Source: a virus. Taken from it: DNA of 64,000 nucleotides. Below, piece after piece: positions 1 to 9,614 of the stretch. Position numbers and translations under genes: made by a program. How positions within the stretch are numbered: position 1 is the first letter of the stretch; each line of letters begins with the position of its first letter. A model generated the notes under the pieces. It did no database searches and was not told the origin of the DNA. It saw only the letters and a list, made by a program, of their open reading frames with translations. Location: positions 27,550-91,549 of the IMG/VR virus record IMGVR_UViG_3300049489_000283, one strand, 5' to 3'.

Positions 1-1
1 A

Positions 2-3000
2 CCCGACCTGACCCAGCGGATCGAGCTGATGGCGGAGCAGATCGAGTACGACATCGATGCGGAGAACATGACAGCCGAAGATCTTGCTGATCAGTTCGAG
101 ATCACGGTCGAGCAGGCGGAGTCTGTGCTTGAAGAGGCTGAAGGCGACAACCGTGAAGCAGCCAAGCTGGTCGCCACCGCGAAGCTGGATGGAGGCAACG
201 AGAAGGTGCTGTCGGTCTTCCTAAAGATCGAGAAGCCTGTGTTTGTCGGTGACCCGAAGTGGGGCAAGGGGTCACGCCGACCGGCCAGTGGCGAGACGTT
301 CTTTGATGTGGAGTACAGCGAAGAGGATGCTGAGGGCCGGACTCCAGACGACGACGACTTCGACCCAGACACTGCGGAGTTTGGTGAGCCAAAAGGAAAG
401 CTCGTTGATTTCATGGAGGCGCTGAGAAGCGAAGCGTCCGATCGCGGCTACGACGCGGATGACCGGATCGAAGAGTTAATGCAGATTGCGATGGAGAATG
501 AAGGCATGAGGGCAGGGGAGATCCTGTCCAGGGTCAAATCGCTGGACGTGTTTATGGACTCGCAGCGAGATGACGGGAGGTTTGAAGGTGGCGACATCAT
601 GGCAGCGGCGCTGCGGCGCGCTGGATTCGATGGGCTTGTCTACATGGATGCTTCGGAGCATTTCCCGAATTTCGGAGTGCGCAGCGGGCAGCCGATACCA
701 GAGGGGACGCGGCACTACGTGGTGTGGGACTCCAAGCAGATCAAGTCATCGGACGAGAATGAAGGGACGTTTGATCCAGAGAATCCGAGCATCAGGAAGG
801 CGCTGCCAGCCAGGAAGAAGAGCAGCGATTGTGGCGCAAATGGTCCAGGTGGCGGCGGGTTCCAGCCAGGAAATGATTGCGCATCATCGGGTGGTTCTTC
901 CGGCGGTGGCGTGGATCGCGACAAGTTCATCGATTTCATGAAGCATAAGACGAGCTACGGTGACGAGCAGGTCGCCGAGGTGGTGAAGAATCCGTCAAAG
1001 CAAACCATGAAACGGTTTTATCTTGAGAGCAGCAGCCGGTACGGATCTGAGCCGCTGCGCGGTTTTGCTGGTCGCAACGGCGACCTGTACGTCTGGAGCG
1101 ATCCGACGTTTCTTCATGACACCGCTGACTATGAGATCGGCGATATGGTCGGACCATACAAGAAGGTGCTGCTTTGGATGAACAAAGACGGAGCAGTAAC
1201 TGGCTACTCGGGAGGGCAGGTTGAGGACGAAGGCGATGGCGACAGCTTGAAGAAACTGATGGAATCACACGCGGGCTATCAGGCGGTCAAGAAATCGATC
1301 AAGGGAAAACGCAAGAGTTCCGACTGCGGAGCCAATGCGCCGGGAGGTGGTGGATTTCAGACCGGTAACTCGTGCGCGTCGGGAGGTGGTGGAGGCGGCG
1401 CTACAGGCGACGGACGCCGAAGGCCAAAATTCGACAACCCGCGAATGAGGGAAGGTTACAACGAATTGCAGGAGGAGTTCCACAAGATCCCGGCGACCGC
1501 TCGCGCCAAGTTCTTCGAGGAGTACAAGAAGGGCGGCAAGGCAAGAGACAAGGCGATCGAGATCGCCAAGGAGAACGGCTTGGACGCTGAGAAGATCCAT
1601 GCCTACATGAAGGCCGAAGACGAACTGGCCCGCAACGAGAAGGAGCGGAGAGCCTACGAGCGATCTGGTCCCGAGTATGCGCCGGACGTTGAGGGCAACA
1701 GGTCGAAGAATCCACAGGTCCAGTCGCCTGAGTTCAAGCAGTGGTTTGGCGATTCGAAGATCGTCAACGAGGACGGATCGCCACGGGTTCTGTTCCACGG
1801 GACTCGCGCGGACTTCAATGAGTTCGAAGTGTCGGATGACGGATTGGTGAATGAGACGATGGGTGTCCACGTCGCCAAAGATCCCAAACTGACCGATGCG
1901 TTTTCTGTCGGCACCTACGCGGCCAGTTCAGCGTGGAGTGAGGGGGAGGACGCGGTCAAGACTCGGAGCAAGGATGGCCACCGAATACCCGACATGATCA
2001 AGCCTGGAGGCAATACCAAGCCGGTGTTCGTCAAGATGGAGAAGCCGTACATCATGCCGAACTACGGCTCGATGGATCAGCACAACATCCGGATCGATGT
2101 CTTCGACAAGGTCTTCCGTGAAGACAAAAACGCTTTCATCCATTTTGCGACTTCAACCCGCAACGTGAGTCCCGAAGAAGCCGAGGACGCTTACGAGCGA
2201 CTCAGTAGGAATGAGCCGATCGAGAACGGAAACCTCTCGGTTCCACAGTCCTACATCGACGAGTATGGCAGCGGGTTCGCTGGCTTTGCTTCCAACTACA
2301 GCCCAGAGTTTGCTCCGGACTACAAGGGAAAAGACTGGAAGAACTGGGCCGGGAAGCGGTACAAGGAGATCATGGTCTCGCAGGGCTACGACGGGATCAT
2401 CTACGAGAACACCAGCGGCAATGAGGTGGGCCACGACGGCAAGATCGATCACACGTCCTACATCGTGTTCGATCCAAAGAACATCAAGAGCGCCACGGGG
2501 AACGAAGGGAAATTCAATCCCGAGTCGGCTGACATTCGCAAGTCGATGAGGCATCTGCTTTCGCCATCTCATCAGCGATGGCTGCGTGGCCAGATGAAGC
2601 GTTTCGTCGCTCAAGTCAAGGCGAGCGAATGTGGAGCCAATGCGCCGGGCGGGGGAGGATTCCAGCCGGGCAACACTTGCGCTGGCGAGGGCGGCGGCAC
2701 AGCGACCGATGAGATGCCAGGGTTCATCAACAAGGAGACGCTGAAGAAGAACAAGTCGCTGGTCGAGGATCTGTTTGGCCCGGACTTCTATGAGTTCGCG
2801 ATAAAGCAGAAGGAAGGGACTCCATTCCTCAATGCCTGGGCTGCTTTCACGCTGAAGGATTCGGTGAAAGACAAGTCACCACGGCGGCGCATGGATGTCA
2901 CCAAGAGCCCGGCTTTCAAGCGATGGTTTGCCGATTCGAAAGTGGTGAACGACGACGGAAAGCCGCTGGTTGTCTACCACGGCAGCGGCAACTTGATTAC

Positions 3001-4825
3001 CGAGTTCAAGACTGATTTGGACCTTGGCCCAGAGCGGGCCAACGCGGCGTTCTTCAGTAGTTCTCCATCTGTGAGTAGTGGGTACGCAACATACGAGACG
3101 ACGGAGGAGAAGCTGCTTTCAAAGCAGGTTTCCGATATTTATGCCGATCAGTACAACGACTGGATGGAACTCGGATACAGCTCTCTCCCTGGTGAAGACG
3201 CTCGGGTCCGCATTGCCAACGATCTGCTTGATTCTGGAGAGATCACCAGAGAGACGTACGACCGCTTGGGTAGCTACGATGATCGGATGTACGACCTTGG
3301 ACAAACAAAGATCAAGGATGGGACGCCGAACCTGACTCCCGTCTATTTGAGTCTCAAGAATCCGATGGTGGTCGATGCGAATGGCATGTCGTGGGATTTT
3401 GTTGTTGAACAGACGCTTCAGAGAGTGGATCGTTCTGTCCATGACGGAGTGATCTTCAAGAACGTCAATGACAACGCCAATGATTCGAGCGAGTTGGCGA
3501 CCACCTACGCAGTATTCGATCCTGAAAACATCAAGAGCGCAACGGGTAATTCTGGTGACTTTGATCGATCATCCAGGGACATCAAGAAGGCCATGCCTCC
3601 CATGATTAAATCGATGAACATCTATTCGCACGGTCTTCTGCTGGAGCTACAGGAGGAGATCGAGAACTTTGTGTTCGACACGGATCGCTCGTGCGGCGGC
3701 ATGTGTGACCCGGTGGTTCGACACTGCATCGGCCACGTCTGCGATGACCTGTCAGACATGCTGGACGAGATAAACGACCTGACCGAGTTCGTTTACGGGA
3801 ACAGCCCGAAGATGAAGTCGGCTGACTGTGGCGCTAACGCGCCAGGCGGCGGCGGCTTCCAGCCTGGGAATGATTGTGCGTCGGGCGGCGGCGGCGGTCG
3901 GTGGCGGCTTCCCACGAGCGACACCGAGCTGGTCAGCCTTGAAGGGGCTCCCGCTGAGGGCGACCAAGTCTATCTTGGCGAGGAAGAATACCGGGTCATG
4001 CGGGTCTACTCGGACGGCAAGATTGGTGTGCTCGGTCGCAAGAACGGTGACGCCAAGAAGGTTGAAGCTGGCGACCTGAAGAAGCTGGTTGACAAGAAGA
4101 AGGGTTCTGGCTCCAGCAAGGCAGACGAGATCTTCGGGAAGAGCAAGCCGCCAACGGTCGCGATCGGCAAAGGGTTTGAGTCGGCGCGGGCCGGTGTTTT
4201 GACATCGTTGGGGATTCCCAGGAACACGACCAACGAAGAGCTGGCCAAGTTGTGCGGTTACCGGGACGACACCACCGAGGTGATGGTCTCGCACGAGAGT
4301 CGCCCATCCAAGCTGGTGATGTCGTCTTACGGCCCAGGGTACAGGAACATCCGGCAGCTAACCCGCGACGAGAACGGCGATCTGGTGCTCAAGAACGTGA
4401 TCTTCACGGTGGACGAGGACTATCAGAAGAAGGGGATCGGCGCTGAAGTGTTCTCCCGTCAGGTCGAGCAGGCCAGGAAGATGGGGGTCAAGCGGATCGA
4501 GACCAACGCGCTGCGGGCCGACGACGAGGATGGGAAGCCCGGAGGGGAGGCCAATGGGTACGCGACTTGGCCGAAATTTGGCTACGACGCCCATATCAAC
4601 ATGAAGGACATGGCCGGGATCGAGGACACGCTGAAGAAAGGCCTCAAGAAGAATCCCGAGTACAAGAACGTCACTAAGATTTCCGAGATCATGAAGACGC
4701 CGGAGGGTCGTGAGTGGTGGACCAAGTACGGGATCACGTTCGACATGGAGTTCGATCTGAGTGATAACTCGCACTCCATGAAAATCTTCAATGCCTACAT
4801 GGAGGCCAAAAGGAAGAAGAAATGA
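2..4825 (+). CDS. Large polyvalent (probably virion-packaged/ejected) protein, 5'-truncated: three ART-PolyVal-like ADP-ribosyltransferase domains plus C-terminal GNAT domain
   Basis: Frame is open from position 2. The pattern 'F(K)xWFxDSK(I/V)VNxDGxPxVx(F/Y)HG...GxDG(I/V)I...(Q/N)IKS(A)xxNxGxF(D/N)' recurs (~2-800 partial, ~1720-2545, ~2900-3590). GNAT motif 'VDEDYQKKGIGAEVF...RIETNA...NGYATWPKFGY' near the C-terminus. Confidence 0.8.
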   Translation, partial: PDLTQRIELMAEQIEYDIDAENMTAEDLADQFEITVEQAESVLEEAEGDNREAAKLVATAKLDGGNEKVLSVFLKIEKPVFVGDPKWGKGSRRPASGETFFDVEYSEEDAEGRTPDDDDFDPDTAEFGEPKGKLVDFMEALRSEASDRGYDADDRIEELMQIAMENEGMRAGEILSRVKSLDVFMDSQRDDGRFEGGDIMAAALRRAGFDGLVYMDASEHFPNFGVRSGQPIPEGTRHYVVWDSKQIKSSDENEGTFDPENPSIRKALPARKKSSDCGANGPGGGGFQPGNDCASSGGSSGGGVDRDKFIDFMKHKTSYGDEQVAEVVKNPSKQTMKRFYLESSSRYGSEPLRGFAGRNGDLYVWSDPTFLHDTADYEIGDMVGPYKKVLLWMNKDGAVTGYSGGQVEDEGDGDSLKKLMESHAGYQAVKKSIKGKRKSSDCGANAPGGGGFQTGNSCASGGGGGGATGDGRRRPKFDNPRMREGYNELQEEFHKIPATARAKFFEEYKKGGKARDKAIEIAKENGLDAEKIHAYMKAEDELARNEKERRAYERSGPEYAPDVEGNRSKNPQVQSPEFKQWFGDSKIVNEDGSPRVLFHGTRADFNEFEVSDDGLVNETMGVHVAKDPKLTDAFSVGTYAASSAWSEGEDAVKTRSKDGHRIPDMIKPGGNTKPVFVKMEKPYIMPNYGSMDQHNIRIDVFDKVFREDKNAFIHFATSTRNVSPEEAEDAYERLSRNEPIENGNLSVPQSYIDEYGSGFAGFASNYSPEFAPDYKGKDWKNWAGKRYKEIMVSQGYDGIIYENTSGNEVGHDGKIDHTSYIVFDPKNIKSATGNEGKFNPESADIRKSMRHLLSPSHQRWLRGQMKRFVAQVKASECGANAPGGGGFQPGNTCAGEGGGTATDEMPGFINKETLKKNKSLVEDLFGPDFYEFAIKQKEGTPFLNAWAAFTLKDSVKDKSPRRRMDVTKSPAFKRWFADSKVVNDDGKPLVVYHGSGNLITEFKTDLDLGPERANAAFFSSSPSVSSGYATYETTEEKLLSKQVSDIYADQYNDWMELGYSSLPGEDARVRIANDLLDSGEITRETYDRLGSYDDRMYDLGQTKIKDGTPNLTPVYLSLKNPMVVDANGMSWDFVVEQTLQRVDRSVHDGVIFKNVNDNANDSSELATTYAVFDPENIKSATGNSGDFDRSSRDIKKAMPPMIKSMNIYSHGLLLELQEEIENFVFDTDRSCGGMCDPVVRHCIGHVCDDLSDMLDEINDLTEFVYGNSPKMKSADCGANAPGGGGFQPGNDCASGGGGGRWRLPTSDTELVSLEGAPAEGDQVYLGEEEYRVMRVYSDGKIGVLGRKNGDAKKVEAGDLKKLVDKKKGSGSSKADEIFGKSKPPTVAIGKGFESARAGVLTSLGIPRNTTNEELAKLCGYRDDTTEVMVSHESRPSKLVMSSYGPGYRNIRQLTRDENGDLVLKNVIFTVDEDYQKKGIGAEVFSRQVEQARKMGVKRIETNALRADDEDGKPGGEANGYATWPKFGYDAHINMKDMAGIEDTLKKGLKKNPEYKNVTKISEIMKTPEGREWWTKYGITFDMEFDLSDNSHSMKIFNAYMEAKRKKK
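821..3880 (+). repeat. Four dispersed in-frame copies of the peptide K(S/A)(S/A)(D/E)CGANxPGGGGFQxGNxCA (~821-883, 1316-1378, 2621-2683, 3818-3880)
   Basis: Directly visible in the translation; codons differ synonymously between copies. Confidence 0.95.
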
Positions 4826-4941
4826 GCCGAGAAGAGACTGACCTGAGCGATGAGGACGAAGAAGCCCTGGATGCGGCCTGGGAGTCTGTCTACGGGAGCG
4901 AAGCCAAGAAGGAAGACGAGGAGGATCAGGAAGATTCTTGA
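4822..4941 (+). CDS. Small acidic protein (39 aa), not in the ORF track
   Basis: ATGA overlap with the stop of the polyvalent gene; MSREETDLSDEDEEALDAAWESVYGSEAKKEDEEDQEDS. Confidence 0.65.
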   Translation: MSREETDLSDEDEEALDAAWESVYGSEAKKEDEEDQEDS

Positions 4942-4948
4942 GAATCCA

Positions 4949-4977
4949 GCGCCCTGGTTGCCCTCCGTCTGAGCCTG
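4949..4977 (+). promoter_or_regulatory. GCGCCC-N18-GCC promoter-like motif
   Basis: gcgccc tggttgccctccgtctga gcctg upstream of the ORF at 5023. Confidence 0.7.
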
Positions 4978-5022
4978 TTGGAGAGTGAGATCGTTCGCAA
5001 CACGTCCAACGGGAGAACAGAG

Positions 5023-5382
5023 ATGGCAAAGAAGAGACAGGTAAGCGATGAGGTCAAGGCACTGGAGGCAAGGGTCGCCGAGCTGGAGAAAGAGCTTGCA
5101 GCGCATCGGGTTTATGCCCACGGTTTGCATTGCTTCATCGATGAAATCGTCAATTCCATGACAGTTCCGACCAAGGCAGCCTGGAGGGTCAATTCGCTTC
5201 GGAGAATCAGGCAGTTGCAGGCGATGAAGGGGCGAGATCTGAAGTACATCGACGAGCGGATCGCGGAAGCTATTGAGGTGAGGGATAACCCAAATGAAGT
5301 CAAGGCGAGGGCCAATGAGGTCCGTGAAGATCTTAGTCGGCGTGCTTCTTTGCAGGCTGGGGATTCACCGCTGGTCGGATGA
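5023..5382 (+). CDS. Hypothetical coiled-coil protein
   Basis: ORF with AACGGGAG RBS-like element before ATG 5023. Confidence 0.65.
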   Translation: MAKKRQVSDEVKALEARVAELEKELAAHRVYAHGLHCFIDEIVNSMTVPTKAAWRVNSLRRIRQLQAMKGRDLKYIDERIAEAIEVRDNPNEVKARANEVREDLSRRASLQAGDSPLVG

Positions 5383-5552
5383 GTACCTCCAGCCGCCGAT
5401 GACCTACTACCGCCATTGCCATCGCTGCATGAAGAAGTGGATCACGCGGGTGTCGTGGGGGCACGATCACTTCAATCAGTGATCGGCCCTGGTGGAATCG
5501 GCCCAGCGATCAGGTAGCCTGGGGTCCAAACTCCTTCAATCAGGATGGACAG

Positions 5553-6278
5553 ATGGCCGAGATCGCTGTAGTGGACAACAAGGATGGCACGGGCGCGACG
5601 TTCACGATCACCAACGTGGTCGGGACGGCTTCGCTCTACACGGCTGGCTATTTCGGCAATGTGGCGACCAACACGTTCGTGAAGCACTTTGACACGGCGT
5701 TGGATCGCGTCCAGTCGGTGTCGATCCCGGTCGGCTCCTACGCTGCGGTGGTCGTGGACGGCGCTGGCCCGGCGGCGCCTGTCGGCTTCCGGGTGACAGA
5801 TGGAAATCTGGGGTTCCATGAGAAGTGTCTCCGGGAGATCCGGAATCACATGATGGGGCTGAACCTCAGTTCGTTCCCTACCGATCCAGGGAAGTACAAG
5901 CTCCACAAGCGACCGGCCAACAGCTACCTGGAACTGAAGGATGTTTGCGGAAGCAATATCCTGGGCGTTCATTTCTGGAAGCGGCCCGAGCAGCGCCCCG
6001 TCATCGGGACAAACACTGAATGGGACATCTCCTACGTGATCGAGATGGTCCTGGTGAAGAGCAACCAGTTGAGCAACCTGTCGGATTCGAACTGGACGCT
6101 GGACCGGGAGCGGATCTTACGCAGCTTCGGTATCTGCCCGCTGCCAGCAATCCCGGAGATCTTCCTGGTCGAGTTCTACCCAGGTGTTCTTTACAACGAC
6201 GTGGCGGATGTCGGGGTCGATGCACAGGCGATCCAGTTCTATTGCCGGATGTACCAGCCAGTGACCTACGGGGTGTGA
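5553..6278 (+). CDS. Putative head-tail connector / tail terminator-like protein
   Basis: 241 aa, immediately upstream of the tail tube gene; synteny only. Confidence 0.45.
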   Translation: MAEIAVVDNKDGTGATFTITNVVGTASLYTAGYFGNVATNTFVKHFDTALDRVQSVSIPVGSYAAVVVDGAGPAAPVGFRVTDGNLGFHEKCLREIRNHMMGLNLSSFPTDPGKYKLHKRPANSYLELKDVCGSNILGVHFWKRPEQRPVIGTNTEWDISYVIEMVLVKSNQLSNLSDSNWTLDRERILRSFGICPLPAIPEIFLVEFYPGVLYNDVADVGVDAQAIQFYCRMYQPVTYGV

Positions 6279-6358
6279 CGGTCGCACTGGAACGTGACCC
6301 CTGTTGTCCTTCTGATGCGGTGGCGAAGTAGGCCACTTCTCAGAGAGAGACACAGTCA

Positions 6359-7300
6359 ATGGCATGTATTACCAACGTCCCACGTAGTCACAAGTTCGGC
6401 GTCACTGCCTTCGGTGACTTCAACGCCACCAACGGCACCGCCGTCAGCTCGGTTTTTCGCCAGATCAGCAACGGTCTTTCGACGACCCCCGTGTTCGAAC
6501 AAGACGAAGGCCACAACGGCACGCCGTTCTACGCTTCCGAAGGTGTGGTGAAGACATCTGAAGCCGGTTCCGGCAGCGTGGTTCTCCAGCCTCGCGCCGA
6601 CGAGCTGCGGGTGATCCTTCCGCTGTTGCTCGGTGGCACGTTTGCGGGGAACATCATCGAGCCGGACATCAATGGCTACTGCCAATACTTCAAGGCGTCC
6701 CGCGACGTGAAGGTGGCGGTGTTCGAGTTCCTGAACTGCAAGACCAGCCAGTGGACGCTCTCCAGCAGCCGGAGCCAATCAAAGCTACAGCTTGACTGGG
6801 GTATTGAGGCTTGCGGCAGCGCACGGCAGGCGGCTGGCACGTTCCCGGTCCTGAACTTCAGCACGCAGCCTCCGTTTGTTCACACATCGTCCACGTTCAC
6901 GATCGACGGTCGTGTGGTCCCGGTGGATGATGTCCAGCTTTCCGGCAACAACAACTTGACCACCGATTTGTTCTACAACTCGGTGACCAGGACGGCGCTG
7001 CCAGCCGGTCGTCAGATGTTTACCTTGACGGCAACCAGCCCATTCGACACCAGCCTGGACTTGGCTTGGATGGACATTGCTTCGGCCAGCGTGGCTGCTA
7101 GCATCGTCTACACGACGGCGTCCGGTACGCTGAGCCTGACGATCAACATCCCGGCGATGCACCCCGTGATCCCGACGCCTCAGACGCCAGCCGGTGAGCA
7201 GCCGGTGAGGTTTGAGCAGATTGTCTGGACAGCGCGATCCAAGGGGACCGGCGGGTCGTATCAAGCGCCGATTCGGTTTACGATCGACGACATCGTCTAA
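6359..7300 (+). CDS. Major tail tube protein
   Basis: 313 aa, beta-rich and Thr/Ser-rich; position upstream of chaperones and tape measure. Confidence 0.7.
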   Translation: MACITNVPRSHKFGVTAFGDFNATNGTAVSSVFRQISNGLSTTPVFEQDEGHNGTPFYASEGVVKTSEAGSGSVVLQPRADELRVILPLLLGGTFAGNIIEPDINGYCQYFKASRDVKVAVFEFLNCKTSQWTLSSSRSQSKLQLDWGIEACGSARQAAGTFPVLNFSTQPPFVHTSSTFTIDGRVVPVDDVQLSGNNNLTTDLFYNSVTRTALPAGRQMFTLTATSPFDTSLDLAWMDIASASVAASIVYTTASGTLSLTINIPAMHPVIPTPQTPAGEQPVRFEQIVWTARSKGTGGSYQAPIRFTIDDIV

Positions 7301-7334
7301 GCGGTGTTTTTTTGGTTTCTAAAAGGATGACCCT

Positions 7335-7604
7335 GTGTTGAAGATTGATTGCACGAAAGACGTGTCAAAGAGAGCCGAAGGATTCGATTCGATCGAGAAT
7401 TTCCGGAGGCTGTTGATGTACTCCAACCGTCCGTTCGATGTGACGATCACAAAGGACGGAAATGGGCAGTCCGTGATGCAGGTCACGGCATATCCGGCGA
7501 TCCCGGAGGCCCAGGTAGAGGACCAAGTGGATGAGAACCCGACAGAGGAATCAGAGCCAGAACCGGTGACCTCTTCGAGCGCCAAACGAAAGCGAGATCT
7601 CTAA
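7335..7604 (+). CDS. Hypothetical protein
   Basis: 89-aa ORF with AAGGA RBS, followed by a terminator. Confidence 0.55.
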   Translation: MLKIDCTKDVSKRAEGFDSIENFRRLLMYSNRPFDVTITKDGNGQSVMQVTAYPAIPEAQVEDQVDENPTEESEPEPVTSSSAKRKRDL

Positions 7605-7634
7605 CTCTTGATCGCAAGATCAGGGGCTCCCGAT

Positions 7635-7676
7635 CGGCTGGCCGGAGGTTGCGATTCCGGCCAGCCGTTTTTGTTT
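7635..7676 (+). terminator. Rho-independent terminator
   Basis: cggctggccgga-loop-tccggccagccg followed by tttttgttt. Confidence 0.8.
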
Positions 7677-7685
7677 GGAGGGGCA

Positions 7686-8228
7686 GTGATTCGAGATACC
7701 TACGACCGGTTCGCCATCGTGGACCTGAAGCCGATCCATCTTCCTGACGTGATGGAGATCGCAAGGCTGACCTATGGTGTTCAGCAGGAGAAGCGATTCT
7801 TCACCGGCAGGATCACCGCGATGAACTCCAAGAGTCTGGTTGCCCAGCAGGTGCTGACCGGAAGCCTGATGGGGTTCCTGATCTCGCATGTGTCTGGCAA
7901 GGACGTTCACATTTCGACGCTAGCGGTTCATCCATCGCACCGTAGGAGAGGCGTGGGCACGGCGATCTTGCAGCGCCTGATGGTGATGATTCCTGGGCAG
8001 GTAACCTGGACTGTGGCGAGAGAGTCGCGGCTGGAGTCGCATCGGTTTCTGGCTAGTGCTGGATTCCGAGCGGTGGCGGTTTCGCGTAGCCACTTCGATG
8101 ACACTGGAGAAGACGGCTACCTGATGGTTCATAGTGCAAATGCAGAAGATATGAGGTGGATTGATGGCGATCTGGGCCAGCGATTTCGCAAAGATGCTGC
8201 GACGGTTAAACGACGAAGCGATAGCTGA
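7686..8228 (+). CDS. RimI-like GNAT acetyltransferase
   Basis: 'HISTLAVHPSHRRRGVGTAIL', 'VARESRLESHRFLASAGF', 'EDGYLM'; GTG start with GGAGG RBS. Confidence 0.85.
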   Translation: MIRDTYDRFAIVDLKPIHLPDVMEIARLTYGVQQEKRFFTGRITAMNSKSLVAQQVLTGSLMGFLISHVSGKDVHISTLAVHPSHRRRGVGTAILQRLMVMIPGQVTWTVARESRLESHRFLASAGFRAVAVSRSHFDDTGEDGYLMVHSANAEDMRWIDGDLGQRFRKDAATVKRRSDS

Positions 8229-8631
8229 CGAGAAGCGTGAAGAGTCGAAGGAGATCGCGGCGCTTGTTCGCGATCAGGTGATCGAGAACTTCTACTCTGA
8301 GAGCGACAGCGATGGAAACTCGTGGCTCCCGAGAAAGGGCAATCCGGCGCATCTGCCGCTCCGGCTGTCGTGGCGGATGTTTGCCGCCGGTACCGTGAAG
8401 GGGGCTCCGGGATCGATCGAGGAGATCACCAACGAAGAGATCCTGGTGGGGATCAACGGGTCCGTGGTGAAGTACGCAGCCGTCCAGCAGTTCGGGACCA
8501 GGGACGGTCGAGTCCCGGCGCGGGAGTATTACTACGTGAAGATCGAGGACTTGGTGAAGCTGGAGCCGCCGATCCACGATGCACTCATGAGAATCCTTGA
8601 TCATCAGGTCTCGCTGGTCCAAGCGGCTTGA
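8164..8631 (+). CDS. Phage virion morphogenesis / tail completion protein (P2 gpS / Mu gpG-like)
   Basis: 'NF...DGNSWLP', 'VG...VKYAAVQQFGT..VPARE' signature. Confidence 0.8.
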   Translation: MAIWASDFAKMLRRLNDEAIADEKREESKEIAALVRDQVIENFYSESDSDGNSWLPRKGNPAHLPLRLSWRMFAAGTVKGAPGSIEEITNEEILVGINGSVVKYAAVQQFGTRDGRVPAREYYYVKIEDLVKLEPPIHDALMRILDHQVSLVQAA

Positions 8632-8698
8632 ATATGCCGAAATCCAGGTTTCAATGGGTTCTTCACTGGATTCGATTCACCGCGATCAAGGAATGATT

Positions 8699-9133
8699 AT
8701 GGCCATCTTGGGCTTCATCGACGACGGTCAAACCCTCACCCGATTCATCAAAGGACGGGCACGTCTCTGGAGCGACTGCCGGATCACGTTTCGCGCGACA
8801 GCGCCAAAGGATCATGCAATCGTCGAGCGAAAGGTGAAGGAGCTTTACGATCGCGGCAAGCGAGCAGAGGCCGAGGAGATGGTTTACGAGACCATCGCGA
8901 AGCGGATTCTCAGGTGGGACTTCCTGGACGACAACGGAGTCCCGATCAACGGCGCCCCGGCGGTGTCCGCCGATGCGATCAAACGCACGGTGACCGGGCT
9001 ACAGGATCGATTCATCGCGATCGTGTACAGCGGTGTCGATGGCGGTGATCCAGATCCAGCCGACGAGGAGCAATCGACTGAATCGGCCCGGACGCACATG
9101 GAGGAGACGGAAAAAAACTCAATGCAGCCTTGA
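8699..9133 (+). CDS. Tail assembly chaperone (gpG-like)
   Basis: Lies between the tube and tape measure genes; ends EKNSMQP over the slippery site A AAA AAC. Confidence 0.8.
   Translation: MAILGFIDDGQTLTRFIKGRARLWSDCRITFRATAPKDHAIVERKVKELYDRGKRAEAEEMVYETIAKRILRWDFLDDNGVPINGAPAVSADAIKRTVTGLQDRFIAIVYSGVDGGDPDPADEEQSTESARTHMEETEKNSMQP
9112..9118 (+). other. Programmed -1 frameshift slippery heptamer (A AAA AAC)
   Basis: The -1 frame continues KLNAALRLLLKYP... open to 9552. Confidence 0.85.
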
Positions 9134-9552
9134 GGCTGCTGTTGAAATATCCGTTGCTTTCGAGCCTCCCGTGCGAGGAGTGTCACCGCCATATCTACAA
9201 GATCCCGACAGGTGTCCCGGATACTTATGAGGGAGAGAATGGCGAGGACGTTCTGATGAAGCGACCAGAGGGATCTCCGCCTCCTTGCGACATCTGTCCC
9301 AAAGGGATCAGGGTCGGAGAAGAGCATGTGCCTGACTGGGAAGGTCGCTACACGCTCCGCTGGGAGAACGTCCAGATTGTGGAGCTGTGGAATCGGCTTA
9401 AAGCTCCTGGATACCCGGTGCCTGAGCATCTCCTTGGCGATGGGTTGTTTGCCGATCGGTACGCGACGGTCGATGGGATCTTCAACGAGGTCCAGCGCGA
9501 GCGAGAGAACGAAATGCTGTCGTACGAGCTGGCCAAGCTGATCATTCGTTAA
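9130..9552 (+). CDS. Tail assembly chaperone gpT-like extension (G-T fusion), with two CxxC pairs
   Basis: In the -1 frame relative to the upstream gene, no convincing start of its own; CEEC and CDIC. Confidence 0.75.
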   Translation: MRLLLKYPLLSSLPCEECHRHIYKIPTGVPDTYEGENGEDVLMKRPEGSPPPCDICPKGIRVGEEHVPDWEGRYTLRWENVQIVELWNRLKAPGYPVPEHLLGDGLFADRYATVDGIFNEVQRERENEMLSYELAKLIIR

Positions 9553-9614
9553 ATCGGTCGAAAGCGATCCAGTGAGCCTGTAGTCTTTGGCGATCCACCT
9601 GAAAGGATTACGAG

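Noticed and set aside
5485-6330. CCCTG-containing elements upstream of late genes (5485, 6297; also 13975, 51826) as a second promoter class
   Set aside because: Similarity is too short and spacing inconsistent to support without a motif search.
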